Source: Octopus bimaculoides (Eukaryota). Taken from it: a DNA stretch of 63,809 nucleotides. The position numbers and the translations under genes are program-made. The stretch is taken from NCBI RefSeq assembly GCF_001194135.2, contig NC_068983.1:7065534-7129342 (forward strand), written 5' to 3'. The notes beneath the pieces were generated by a model. It made no database searches and was not told the origin of the DNA. It worked only from the letters and a program-made list of their open reading frames with translations. Each line of letters opens with the position of its first letter. The stretch's first letter is position 1. Shown here in pieces: positions 53,093 to 63,809 of the stretch.

Positions 53093-53727
53093 CACACATC
53101 TGTGTGGGTATTCTGCAATGTCCAAATAAATTCAAATCATCAACCTGTTTTGCTTCCTCCCTCCCTTTGTCTGTCTGTCTCTCTCTCTATCTATCAATCT
53201 ATATATAGATACATCGTGTCTCTTTCCCAATCATTCTTTCAAATCTCTATCCTTTATCTTCCCATCTTTCTATCTTAATTTTTTCCCTCTAACCTTATCT
53301 CTTCATCTCTGTATTCCAATGCTCTCATAGCTCCTTCTCTTTCTCTCTCCTTCTTTATCTCTCCATCTCTCTACATCCATCCATCTTTCCCTCTATTTCC
53401 CCCTCCCCCCTCTCTCACCAGCTCTCTCTGTCATAATCTCTGTCTCCAATCTATCACTATTTAAATGTTATACATGCCATTTAAAGATTATATTTTCTAA
53501 AACTAGATTAGGTTTGCTTTGAGAATGAAAAAAACAAATAGTTTTCTGTCTTTATTTCAAAGTTATAAATATATCGTTGTGGAACCATGATTGGTATTTA
53601 ACACACATATACTTGTGTATATATAGTTTATGCTCACTTTTGTTATAATTTCCAACACCATTATATATTATTGACTATCAAAGTGTTTCATTGTATATCT
53701 ACAAGCCGGTCACTAGTACTCTATTGC

Positions 53728-53733
53728 TGTATG

Positions 53734-53793
<60 letters not shown>

Positions 53794-54085
53794 CATGCAT
53801 ACATATATACATACATACAGGTATATAAACATAAATATGTACATTATATATATGTACATACACATACATATATACATATGGGTATATAAATATGCATACG
53901 TATATATACATATATGTACATATACGCATGCATATATACCTACATACAGGTATATAAACATACAACAAAAATACATACATATATATATATATATACACCT
54001 ACAGATTATAAAAATATATTTATACACACACACACACACACACATATATATTATCATTATTTAACATCTGTTTTCCATGCTGGCA

Positions 54086-54157
<72 letters not shown>
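53728..54157. repeat. Compound (TA)/(CA) microsatellite
   Basis: Direct reading. Confidence 0.9.
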
Positions 54158-54361
54158 CATCACGGTAAAGTTATGAAGGCCACTTCAAAACACACATATA
54201 TCATTATAGTCACTTTTGTTGTATTATAGAATAGAATAGCATTATATAATGTACCGGGAGATTGGTGAATGAGATGAATGCAGAGAGAAACAGAGAGAGA
54301 GATAGATAGAGAGACAGTTTCTCTGTTGTAAGTAGACCCAACAGAGAGAGAGAGATGAGCT

Positions 54362-54678
54362 ATTGAAGTTGACAGCTGTACATTTGAAAGTGCAATTAAG
54401 AATATAAAGGCAGACAGTGCAGCTGGTCCAGGGGAGATGTTCATTGAGATGCGGAAAGTATTGAAGTAAGTTATACACTCCTCACCATAGTTAGTCATAT
54501 AGTGCAAGGAGCTGCCATAAAGCCCACTGACTGGTGTAGTTGTACCGTTACTAATTGCTCCAAGGGCAGGCTTTGCACTAGTCAGGTACAGTAACAGAGA
54601 CATCAAATTGGGGGAACCAGGTTATGAAAGTAACAGAAAATGTTAAAGCACAATTAAGAAACAGATTACAGTATTTGA
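54362..54678 (+). mobile_element. RTE-type LINE reverse transcriptase fragment (frameshifted)
   Basis: FESAIKNIKADSAAGPGEMFIEM, PTDWCSCTVTNCSKG, NRDIKL and QVMKVTENV resemble the K.GKA.GP, IP.DW..S and YRGIKLL motifs of RT domain 0-2. Confidence 0.8.
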
Positions 54679-54801
54679 TAACACACTTTTTTGTTCAAAA
54701 AAGGTGTCTGAGAAAAAATCACTCCAGTTTCTGTATGCAAAGTTGGGCTTCTCTCATTTGCATATTGGTTTCAAATTTTGGCATAAAGTCTGAAAAATGT
54801 C

Positions 54802-55045
54802 CAGTAAGTTCACTGTCCATCAATTCACCGCAGAGAAAGTTCACTGCATCAATTCACCGCAGGGAAAGTTCACTGCATCAATTCACCTTTTTTTTTTTCC
54901 CCCAATAAAATAGTTTTTAACTATTAATGGTGAGATATTATAGATATATTTTCTTGTTGAACTTTCCTCCTGGTGAACTTTCTTTATGGTAAATTTATGA
55001 CAGTGAACTTTCTCTGCAGTGAATCAATGGTGGTGAACTTACCTG
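54802..55045. mobile_element. Foldback-like MITE with TIRs built from about 26-bp subrepeats
   Basis: Left GTAAGTTCAC...(GAAAGTTCACTGCATCAATTCACCGCAG)n mirrors right CAGTGAACTTTCTCTGCAGTGAATC...GTGAACTTAC. Confidence 0.7.
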
Positions 55046-55084
55046 TAATCAGCCTGAAATTTTGGGAAAGGGGCTAGTCACTTA

Positions 55085-55564
55085 TGTAGTGACGTCATTT
55101 TGAAGGTCTCCAGATGCATGAGCAGGGTTGGAACCTTCTGGAAGGCATACTGGAAGTTCCCTCATGTGTATGCGCAGAAAACTAGCAGCAGCAGAGTTCT
55201 CTTGTATTTCAGACTCGAGACGCAGCCTCTGAACTATGTAGACGTGTTCTCAGCAGCTCTCTGTTCGCTTCTGCTGCTGACCGTTATTTGACCAGCTCGG
55301 TATTTGACCGGCTGGGTATTTGACCAGCTCTGTTGTAGCTGGACTAGTGTGAAGAATGCCTTCACGAAGTATGATTAACTCCAACTTTGCTGTTTCCACA
55401 CCAGACCTGGCTACTGTTTGTCCCGAGGTATAAATCTTGTACATACAAAATAAAAGGATTGTTTTTATGTTCGGATGTTTTCTTGTTCTGCTAATTTACT
55501 CTAACATTTATGTAAGGGATTGTGTGGCACCCTTCCAGTGCCACCCAATATTTATCATCTTACA
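55085..55564 (+). mobile_element. Solo LTR (480 bp) with 4-bp TSD CTTA, inserted in a SINE
   Basis: TGTAG...CTTACA ends; CTTA on both flanks; host SINE rejoins on removal; TATAAA then AATAAA; three 16-bp TATTTGACCRGCT repeats. Confidence 0.8.
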
Positions 55565-55684
55565 CTTACATCAACACTTGTGTCCAATTGATACTTATTT
55601 TATCAGCCTTGAAAGAATGAAAAGCAAAATTGACCTCAATAGAAAAAACCCATCATATATGTGTATGTATGGGCGTGTATGTAC

Positions 55685-55722
<38 letters not shown>

Positions 55723-56960
55723 ATATACTATATGTTTAAGTCTACATGTGTGTTAGTACTTCCATGGTTTAACATTGTACAATAGTTGCAGATGAATGCT
55801 GCTGTCATACAAGTGATGTTCTTTGTTATCAATCAATTGTAAAAACATCCATCCATGGGGAAATATATTACCTTACTTAGAAACATGTCAAGGTTGGTGA
55901 CAGGAAAGGCATCCAGAACAGAAAAATCTGCTTCGACAAAGTCTATCTAATTTGTACAAACATAAAAAAGTGACTATTAAACCACACACACATCTATATA
56001 AATAAAATATCTTTTGTTTTTCTTTGTTTTTTGATAAACCAAAACAATACTCGTTATGAGTACAAGTCTATGGTTCATACTTTTATCTTGCAGGGTTAAG
56101 AGATCTTCAGGAAATTTTCATANNNNNNNNNNNNNNNNNNNNNNNNNNNNNNNNNNNNNNNNNNNNNNNNNNNNNNNNNNNNNNNNNNNNNNNNNNNNNN
56201 NNNNNNNNNNNNNNNNNNNNNNNNNNNNNNNNNNNNNNNNNNNNNNNNNNNNNNNNNNNNNNNNNNNNNNNNNNNNNNNNNNNNNNNNNNNNNNNNNNNN
56301 NNNNNNNNNNNNNNNNNNNNNNNNNNNNNNNNNNNNNNNNNNNNNNNNNNNNNNNNNNNNNNNNNNNNNNNNNNNNNNNNNNNNNNNNNNNNNNNNNNNN
56401 NNNNNNNNNNNNNNNNNNNNNNNNNNNNNNNNNNNNNNNNNNNNNNNNNNNNNNNNNNNNNNNNNNNNNNNNNNNNNNNNNNNNNNNNNNNNNNNNNNNN
56501 NNNNNNNNNNNNNNNNNNNNNNNNNNNNNNNNNNNNNNNNNNNNNNNNNNNNNNNNNNNNNNNNNNNNNNNNNNNNNNNNNNNNNNNNNNNNNNNNNNNN
56601 NNNNNNNNNNNNNNNNNNNNNNNNNNNNNNNNNNNNNNNNNNNNNNNNNNNNNNNNNNNNNNNNNNNNNNNNNNNNNNNNNNNNNNNNNNNNNNNNNNNN
56701 NNNNNNNNNNNNNNNNNNNNNNNNNNNNNNNNNNNNNNNNNNNNNNNNNNNNNNNNNNNNNNNNNNNNNNNNNNNNNNNNNNNNNNNNNNNNNNNNNNNN
56801 NNNNNNNNNNNNNNNNNNNNNNNNNNNNNNNNNNNNNNNNNNNNNNNNNNNNNNNNNNNNNNNNNNNNNNNNNNNNNNNNNNNNNNNNNNNNNNNNNNNN
56901 NNNNNNNNNNNNNNNNNNNNNNNNNNNNNNNNNNNNNNNNNNNNNNNNNNNNNNNNNNNN

Positions 56961-56991
<31 letters not shown>

Positions 56992-57674
56992 ATGTATATG
57001 TTTGTGTGTCTGTGCTTGTCCCCCAGCATCGCTTGACAACCGATGCTGGTGTGTTTACATCCCCGTAACTTAGCGGTTCGGTAAAAGAGACTGATGGAAT
57101 AAGTACTAGGCTTACAAAGAATAAGCTCTGAGGTTGATTTGCTTGACTAAAGGTGGTGCTCCAGCATGGCTGCAGTCAAATGACTGAAACAAGTAAAATT
57201 AGAAATTAAACCAAAGTCAAATTAAGATATATAACGAAGAGACAGTTTTTAAATCTAATTGTGTTTATGTTAGAAATCATTCTGTTATGAAGCATGTTTA
57301 TCTCTTTTGTCAGAGCTGCAGTCCTGACCGAAGGAGAAACCAAAATACAGTGTCTGGCATCTAGAATGTCGACAAGCACTCTCAATCCTTTGTTAGCAGA
57401 ACATCATTCTTTACATTATGTAGTGAGTTAGTGGCAGGAATGACGGGCCAATATTCTGAGGTATACTCAGGGGTTGGATTGGTCAAGGATCTGATTGAGC
57501 TCAACCGTGTCCGTGTAGTTTCATATGGACTTATAGACTTCTTGGTGTCGCAATTCTTCTAGATGGGAGTATTGCTAGTTTAGAATAAACTCTACAGACA
57601 CGGTAATGCTACCAGCCAAACCTGTCCGTGATTTTTGGAGAATAATGAAGCTCATTTCCATGCACCTATTCAGT

Positions 57675-57725
<51 letters not shown>

Positions 57726-58000
57726 GTTTAACGTCCGCTTTCCATGCTAGCATGGGTTGGACGATTTGACTGAGGACTAGCAAAACAGATGGCTACACCA
57801 GGCTCCAATCTGATTTGGCAGAGTTTCTACAGCTGGATGCCCTTCCTAATGCCAACCACTCTGAGAGTGTAGTGGATGCTTTTACATGCCACCGGCACAA
57901 GGGCCACTCATGCAATACTGGCAGTGGCCACACTCAAAATGGTGTATTTTACATGCCACCTGCACAGGAGCCAGTCCAGTGGCACTGGCAACGATCTTGT
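57675..58000 (-). mobile_element. Family C repeat with a long (CAT)n tail
   Basis: Reverse complement of the 37107 copy. Confidence 0.85.
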
Positions 58001-58534
58001 TCGAATGTCTTTACTGAACTTAATTGACTTACCATTTTGCTGAGCAGCGATATTTAAGTGGGATGGATCTAGTTGATGGTCAAGCGCATTGTGGTGATTG
58101 TAGTACTCTCTGTCCCCCCACCCCCACCCACTGAAAAACATGAATAGATTTCCATTGTCTGATGGCTATTGTGAAAGAGGTATTATAATAGACAAGATTG
58201 AGCGATTTAAGAGCATGTCTTTTCCTATCTGGCCAATCCTTCATCCTAGTTTTTTTCAAGTACAACTAGACGAGAATAAGGTGAGGCTGGAGTGGGAAGT
58301 ACTTTACTCCAATAAATTAATGACAATTAGTAAATGTATCAAATATAACTTATTGTGGTACATTTTGTTGGTGTTGTTGTTGTTGTTGTTATATCCTGAC
58401 TCGTGGACAATAACTTCTTTGCTTATAGATTTACAGTGAGTCAGTCTTTGGTTTTTATTTATTTCTGATAATTATACCAATCCAAGGTCAGAAGTTAGAA
58501 TCAAAATGACCACACTTCACCAAAAGTGTTGTCT

Positions 58535-58737
58535 TTATCTTTTGCTTGTTTCAGTCATCAGTCTGTGGCCTTGCTGGAGCCCTGCCTTGGCTGATACAGT
58601 TGAACCTATTGTTTTGAATTTTGGTACATATTTTATTGGTTCTTTTGCTGAACAGCTCAGTCTCAGGGACATAAACAAACCAACACCAGTTATTAAGTGG
58701 TGGTGGAACAAACACAAAGACACACACGCATAAACAT

Positions 58738-58770
<33 letters not shown>

Positions 58771-58925
58771 TGTGACAGGCTTCTTTCAGTTTTCATCTAC
58801 CAAAGTCAGTCACAAGGCATTGGTTGGCCCAGAGCTATTGTAGGGGACACTTGCCCCTGGTACCATGTCGTAGGTCTGAACCTGAAACTGTGTGGCAGTG
58901 GCAAAATAGCTTCTTAATTACACAA
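58535..58925 (-). mobile_element. SINE family A, diverged
   Basis: Same blocks. Confidence 0.75.
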
Positions 58926-60020
58926 CATTTTTATGAAAGATTCTCCATAACCACCCATCTTTATCTTTAATACTGCCAGTGGAGCCTGTATGTGGCTATG
59001 CTACTTGCTAGAAGTAGTAACCAAATCTCCCCCAAATTGCATCTTACCATCCTAGATAGAAAAGGAAAGAAAATATTGGACAATTTAGTCTCTGCTATAT
59101 TGAAAGCTAGGATGTTTGTAACTACAACCCCTTTGCTCTAAGGTCTCCTTGATCAGGGCTGACCTGGGGCTAAACAGATATATGCTTTCTCTCATCATCA
59201 TTATCATCCCCATCCCCATCATCATCATTATCATCCCCATCAACATTATTATCATCATCATTAACATTGCAAAGTTTCTAACTAACAGTTTATTTTATGT
59301 CAATCAGTAAAAAAAAAATTCAAATCAAAAAAGAAATTCTAGCATTCCTGAGACTTGGGCTGCTTTAAAATAGACTGTTTTAAAAGACAACAGTGTTGGG
59401 ATTTAGATTCCTAACTGGTTACCGAATTTTAAAATAGAATTCCTGTTTATCCAGATCAGGGCGGTGGTATGTCTGACTAGTGTTTGTTATAAAGAAATTG
59501 TAATAAGACCTATCACTGTGATATATAAACAAAGCTATCACAACAATACATATACACTTCATAGCTGGAATAGATGTCTAATTGTTTGGGTTATAAGTTG
59601 ACAGACATGTTTTTCTATAAGGCTGAAATGTCAGATTGGGGTGTGATTGTACAGGTCATTCACAAGCGAAATCTGATCCATTATCTAATTAAGACAAGCT
59701 TTTAATTAAGATGGACATGTGGGTGGCTTTACAACACATTTGAAGCTGTGGAGTCCCTTAGAATTCGGAATTTAATCTTGTTATTTTTCGTTTTAATTTT
59801 CCATGTCCTTACAGAGCTGACAAAGTATGCTGGTATTTATCCCCAGGTTAGCTATGGTCCTTGATCAAGCATATCTATGACCAAAGGCATTCCAGTTATG
59901 ACCTAACCATGCTACTTTCTTTTTTTGTGTGTGTGTGTATCTGAAATTACTGTGCTCAATGTGACCTTCCCTTTGTAAGAAGATAGTATGTGATTTGTGG
60001 GAGATTTGACTGCCATTTCT

Positions 60021-60224
60021 TATTTCTTTATTGCCCACAAGGGGCTAAACATAGAGGGGACAAACAAGGACAGACAAAGGGATTAAGTTGATTACATCGA
60101 CCCAGTTCGTAACTGGTACTTAATTTATCGACCCCCCGAAAGGATGAAAGGCAAAGTTGACCTTGGTGGAATTTGAACTCAGAATGTAACGGCATGCTAC
60201 CGTTTCTGCCAGCTCACTGCCTTG
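60021..60224 (-). mobile_element. SINE family B with a 13-bp TSD
   Basis: GACTGCCATTTCT and GACTGCTATTTCT flanks. Confidence 0.85.
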
Positions 60225-60659
60225 ACTGCTATTTCTGTTAAGTTGAACAATCATGTGGAACAATGATCAGCAAATTATGTGAGGAGGTGGGCTAGATTTG
60301 AGACACATCCCCTCTAGGTAGTTTGCTAAGTACCTGGGTAAGATATTGTCCTGTACGGATAGATATTGTCTTAACTCATTGTCTTAAATGGAACATAACA
60401 CATATTGAGAAGAACATTGTCGCTGTGAATTCTCTTTCTCCCCCCCACTTTATTTTATTTGTTTATTTTTATTTTTTTCCTTCTTCCCTCTGTTTTCCCC
60501 TTTTTTCTCTATCACATGACTTTATAAATGAACAATCTGGTGTGTTTATTTTAATGGCCTCCCAATGTATATAGTACATTTCTCTGCCCTGGGTATCAGG
60601 AAGACACTCGGCAAGAAATGGAAACAGAATCAAAAGATGCTAATGAAAATAATAATAAT

Positions 60660-60925
60660 AACAAGAGCACTCAGAGAGCGTAAACCTCCTCCAAGGCAAC
60701 ACCAACATCCTCTCAACGATTAGCTGGAGATGATTTTTAAAATGAGAATATCCAAAATTAACTTGACTGCTCCTACAAACGAGAATGCCAAAAATGAACC
60801 TGACCGTTCTTAAAAATTAAGTAAAAAAAACTGGAAAAATAATTCAAAATCCTTGTCCAGTACCTGATCGATCCCAAAATCTAATCAGTTCATGCCAGTC
60901 ACGAGACCAAACATCACTGAAAGTT
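60660..60925 (-). mobile_element. Interspersed repeat with a Helitron-like 3' end
   Basis: Minus strand ends CCTTGGAGGAGGTTTACGCTCTCTGAGTGCTCTTGTT; family recalled, class uncertain. Confidence 0.35.
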
Positions 60926-61084
60926 AAACTGTTTTAGTCTTGAAATTTGCATTCCTTACATTCTTCTTTCAAATCCCACCAAGGTTAACTGTACCTTTCA
61001 TCCATCTGGGGGTCAATAAAATAAAATACCAGTCAAATACTGGTGTCAATTTGGATAATTTAATTTAATAATTTGGACTGACTC

Positions 61085-61330
61085 TTGCACAGGTGGCACG
61101 TAAAAAACACCATTTGAGCATGGCCGTTGCCAGTACCGCCTGACTGGACCTCATGCCAGTGACACATAAAAAACACCCACTACACTCTCAGAGTGGTTGG
61201 CGTTAGGAAGGGCATCCAACTGTAGAAACTCTGCCAGATCAGATTGGAGTCTCGTGTAGGCATCTGGTTCGCCAGTCCACAGTTAAATCGTCCAACCCAT
61301 GCTAGCATGGAAAGCGGATGTTAAATGAAT
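61085..61330 (+). mobile_element. Family C repeat
   Basis: Same blocks. Confidence 0.85.
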
Positions 61331-61722
61331 GTGAATTTAATCAATAACTACTTCTTCCACAAATTTGTGACTTTATACCTATTTTAAAAACAGTTGTTAA
61401 CTGCAGTGTTACTACTGAAGACTGGGTCTTTGGATATATTTCTAGATGCAGTTGCTACTTGTATTTGTTTATTTCTTTTAAACACCCCTAATATTTGCCT
61501 GGTTCCTTTACCCCTACCAAATCACAGTCAAAACTTCATTAATTGATCAATTTAGTATTGGAAGACAACGTTTGACCAAACATGAAGCAGATACTACAAG
61601 TGAAGATTTAACAACTGTCTAGCTAATCAATTTTTAAGATAATAATTTTATGGACTATTAATTTCATCTTAAATGATTAAATAGTGTTTTTAATGTTTAT
61701 ATCTATGTTATGTTTTGATCAG

Positions 61723-61777
61723 TTTGATGTCTCTCGTGATCGATGACCTAGCGAAGAAGAGCATTATTATCCTGAGA
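61723..61777 (+). CDS. Candidate coding exon LMSLVIDDLAKKSIIILR
   Basis: Acceptor tgttttgatcag| and donor AGA|gtgagt; 55 nt, one open frame, ends in phase 0. Confidence 0.45.
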
Positions 61778-61983
61778 GTGAGTTCCCTTGTTCTAAGCCA
61801 AATGAAGTTCTCCATTTATTGCTAATTAATACTTGTGATAATGTGAGATTGAAACAACACTTGTGCTGCTGACAAATAAAAGGAAAGCTTTCATCTGTTA
61901 ACTTGTGTTCTGTTGTTGGCTAATGACAGGAAAGTCTTCATCCATTACTTGTTGTTCTAATTAAATTCATTCCAGTATAGTAG

Positions 61984-62063
61984 ACTGAAGAACCATTGAA
62001 TTTTCATGCAAGGAAACTGCCACTGTCTACTAATGATGACTCATCTGTCAAAATCACATGCCG
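61984..62063 (+). CDS. Candidate coding exon TEEPLNFHARKLPLSTNDDSSVKITC(R)
   Basis: Phase 0 in and phase 2 out, which bridges the 61723 and 62958 exons in frame. It needs the third AG of ccag-tatag-tag and a weak donor CG|gtgggg. Confidence 0.3.
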
Positions 62064-62957
62064 GTGGGGTGGCATCAGTCAAAAAGCTACAAGTGTGTGA
62101 GGAAGTGCATTGTTACTAGCGGGGTATAACAATATCTAATACTTTTCTACTCTAGGCACAAGGCCTGAAATTTTTTGGGAGGGAGCCAATTGCTTAGATC
62201 AACCCCAGTATGCAACTGGTACTTAATTTATTGACCCCGAAAGGATGAAAGGCAAAGTCGACCTCGGTGGTATTTGAACTCAGAACATAAAGACAGACGA
62301 AATACCGCTAAGCATTTCTCCCAGTGTACTAATGCTTCTGCCAGCTCACCACCTATACTATATCCAATACTAAAGCCTTTTGAGTGGATTTGGTCGACAT
62401 GTGTCTGTGCTTGTTCCCTGCCACTGCTTGACAACCAGTGTTGGTATGTTTACATCCTTGTAACTTAACAGTTCAGCAAAAGACACCAATAGAATGAGCA
62501 CCAAGCTTAAAATAAAGCAAGTACTGGGGTCAATTCATTCAACTAAAATTCTTCAAAGTGGTGCTCTAGCATGGCCACAATCTGATGACTGAAACAAGTA
62601 AAAGATAAAAGATTACAAAAAAGATGCTCCCATCCCTAACCTGACTTGATCCTTTTATATGTTCCAGTCATTGCACTACAGCCATGCTGGAGCACCTTGA
62701 AGAGTTTTGGGTTAACAAATCACCCCCAATACTTATTTATTAGGGCTGACACTTATTCTATCAGTTTCTTTTGTCAAATAGAAATTGGTCAAAATTCCAA
62801 AAATTCCAACCATTATTTAAAATTAATTATCATTTTTTTTCATTCTTTTGACATTTTTCTTTGATTATTTTTTTCTTTAAAATATGCAATGCTTTGAAAT
62901 ATATATTTATTTCATCATATAAATTTAAGGCGTTTTTTTTTTTTTTGTCTTTCTCAG

Positions 62958-63117
62958 ATGGACAAATGTCTTCCCAATGCGACGGAACAACTTTTCTTGT
63001 ATAGACGCTGAGCTCTCACATTCTTCAAAAGAAAGTCTTTTTGTGGATTTTGCATTTCATGCTGAAGTTTCTGATGAAGCTGTATATTCTTTAAGTGTTT
63101 GTGTTCCACCATTTGTG
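62958..63117 (+). CDS. Internal coding exon of an unidentified gene: (R)WTNVFPMRRNNFSCIDAELSHSSKESLFVDFAFHAEVSDEAVYSLSVCVPPFV
   Basis: Strong acceptor (long T tract + gtctttctcag) and consensus donor GTG|gtaagt; 160 nt with only one open frame (phase 2 in, phase 0 out); non-repetitive sequence. Product not recognised. Confidence 0.7.
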
Positions 63118-63809
63118 GTAAGTCATTTAGATTCTTTCTTTGTTTCGTATTTTAGAATTGTGGCTTAAATTCACTTCCCAATCACATGATTTCAGGGGCA
63201 GTCCCACAGCCTGGCAATTTGTACAAGTGTCTTGTCTTCTGCTCTGGAAACTGAAAGAAGCCTATTGTGTGTGTGTGTGTGGTAAGAAGTTTGCTTCTTA
63301 ACCCCATGGTTCCAAGTTCAGTCCCACTGTGTGGCATCTTGGGCAAGTGTCTTCTACTCTAGCTTTGGGCTGATCAAATCCTTGGGAGTGGATTTGGTAG
63401 ATGGAAACTGAAAGAAGTGTGTGTGAGCCTTTATGTGTGTGTGTGAAGGCATGTGGCTTAGTGGTTAGAGTATTCAGCTCATGATCATAAGGTCATAAGT
63501 TCAATTCCCAGCAACATGTTGTACTCTTGTCCCTGTATTTCAAAGGGCCAACCTTGTCATGCCCTGTGTCATGCTGAATCTCCCCCAGAACTATGTTAAG
63601 GGTACACGTGATTATGAAGTGCTCAGCCACTTGCACATTAAGTTTTCATGAGCAGATTATGAATTCATATTCATACCAATAATATTTGGATCATTAGGTT
63701 TTGTTAGTAAATGCTTAAAGGAAAATCTGGATAAACTGGGATTTTCAGAAAGAGAAATTGACTGGCTGATTCGTAGATTACAAGTGCAATCTGTGAGTGG
63801 AACAGTAAA

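Noticed and set aside
57314-57423. Exon AAVLTEGETKIQCLASRMSTSTLNPLLAEHHSLHYV with good splice signals
   Set aside because: Its phase is incompatible with the downstream exons and the surrounding block may be a retroelement remnant; left unresolved.

Overview
AT-rich eukaryotic DNA, mostly non-coding and dense in repeats, with about 4.9 kb of N gaps in 11 blocks next to microsatellites. The (TA)n/(CA)n load and the SINE families suggest an octopus genome; this is inferred from recalled repeat sequences, not from a search. Most long ORFs in the track are microsatellite or N artefacts. Identified elements: dozens of tRNA-headed SINEs of about five families, decayed RTE and CR1-type LINE fragments, three LTR-like elements, piggyBac/pogo/hAT-type MITEs and Helitron-like pieces. 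The only good gene signal is a + strand exon at 62958-63117, possibly joined in frame to two upstream exons; its product is not identified. The most unusual signal is a set of different long palindromic elements. Three of them carry the same minimal hammerhead-ribozyme-like architecture, YTGANRA-R-stemII-GAAA-NN-TT, with a self-complementary 2-nt core and a U3-A8 covariant in one. One of these is a head-to-head tRNA-headed element with a ribozyme-like motif in each arm. Other points of note: a composite piggyBac-MITE insertion splitting a LINE, two insertions of one SINE family at the same site of another SINE family, and an old splice-site/E-box-rich tandem array.
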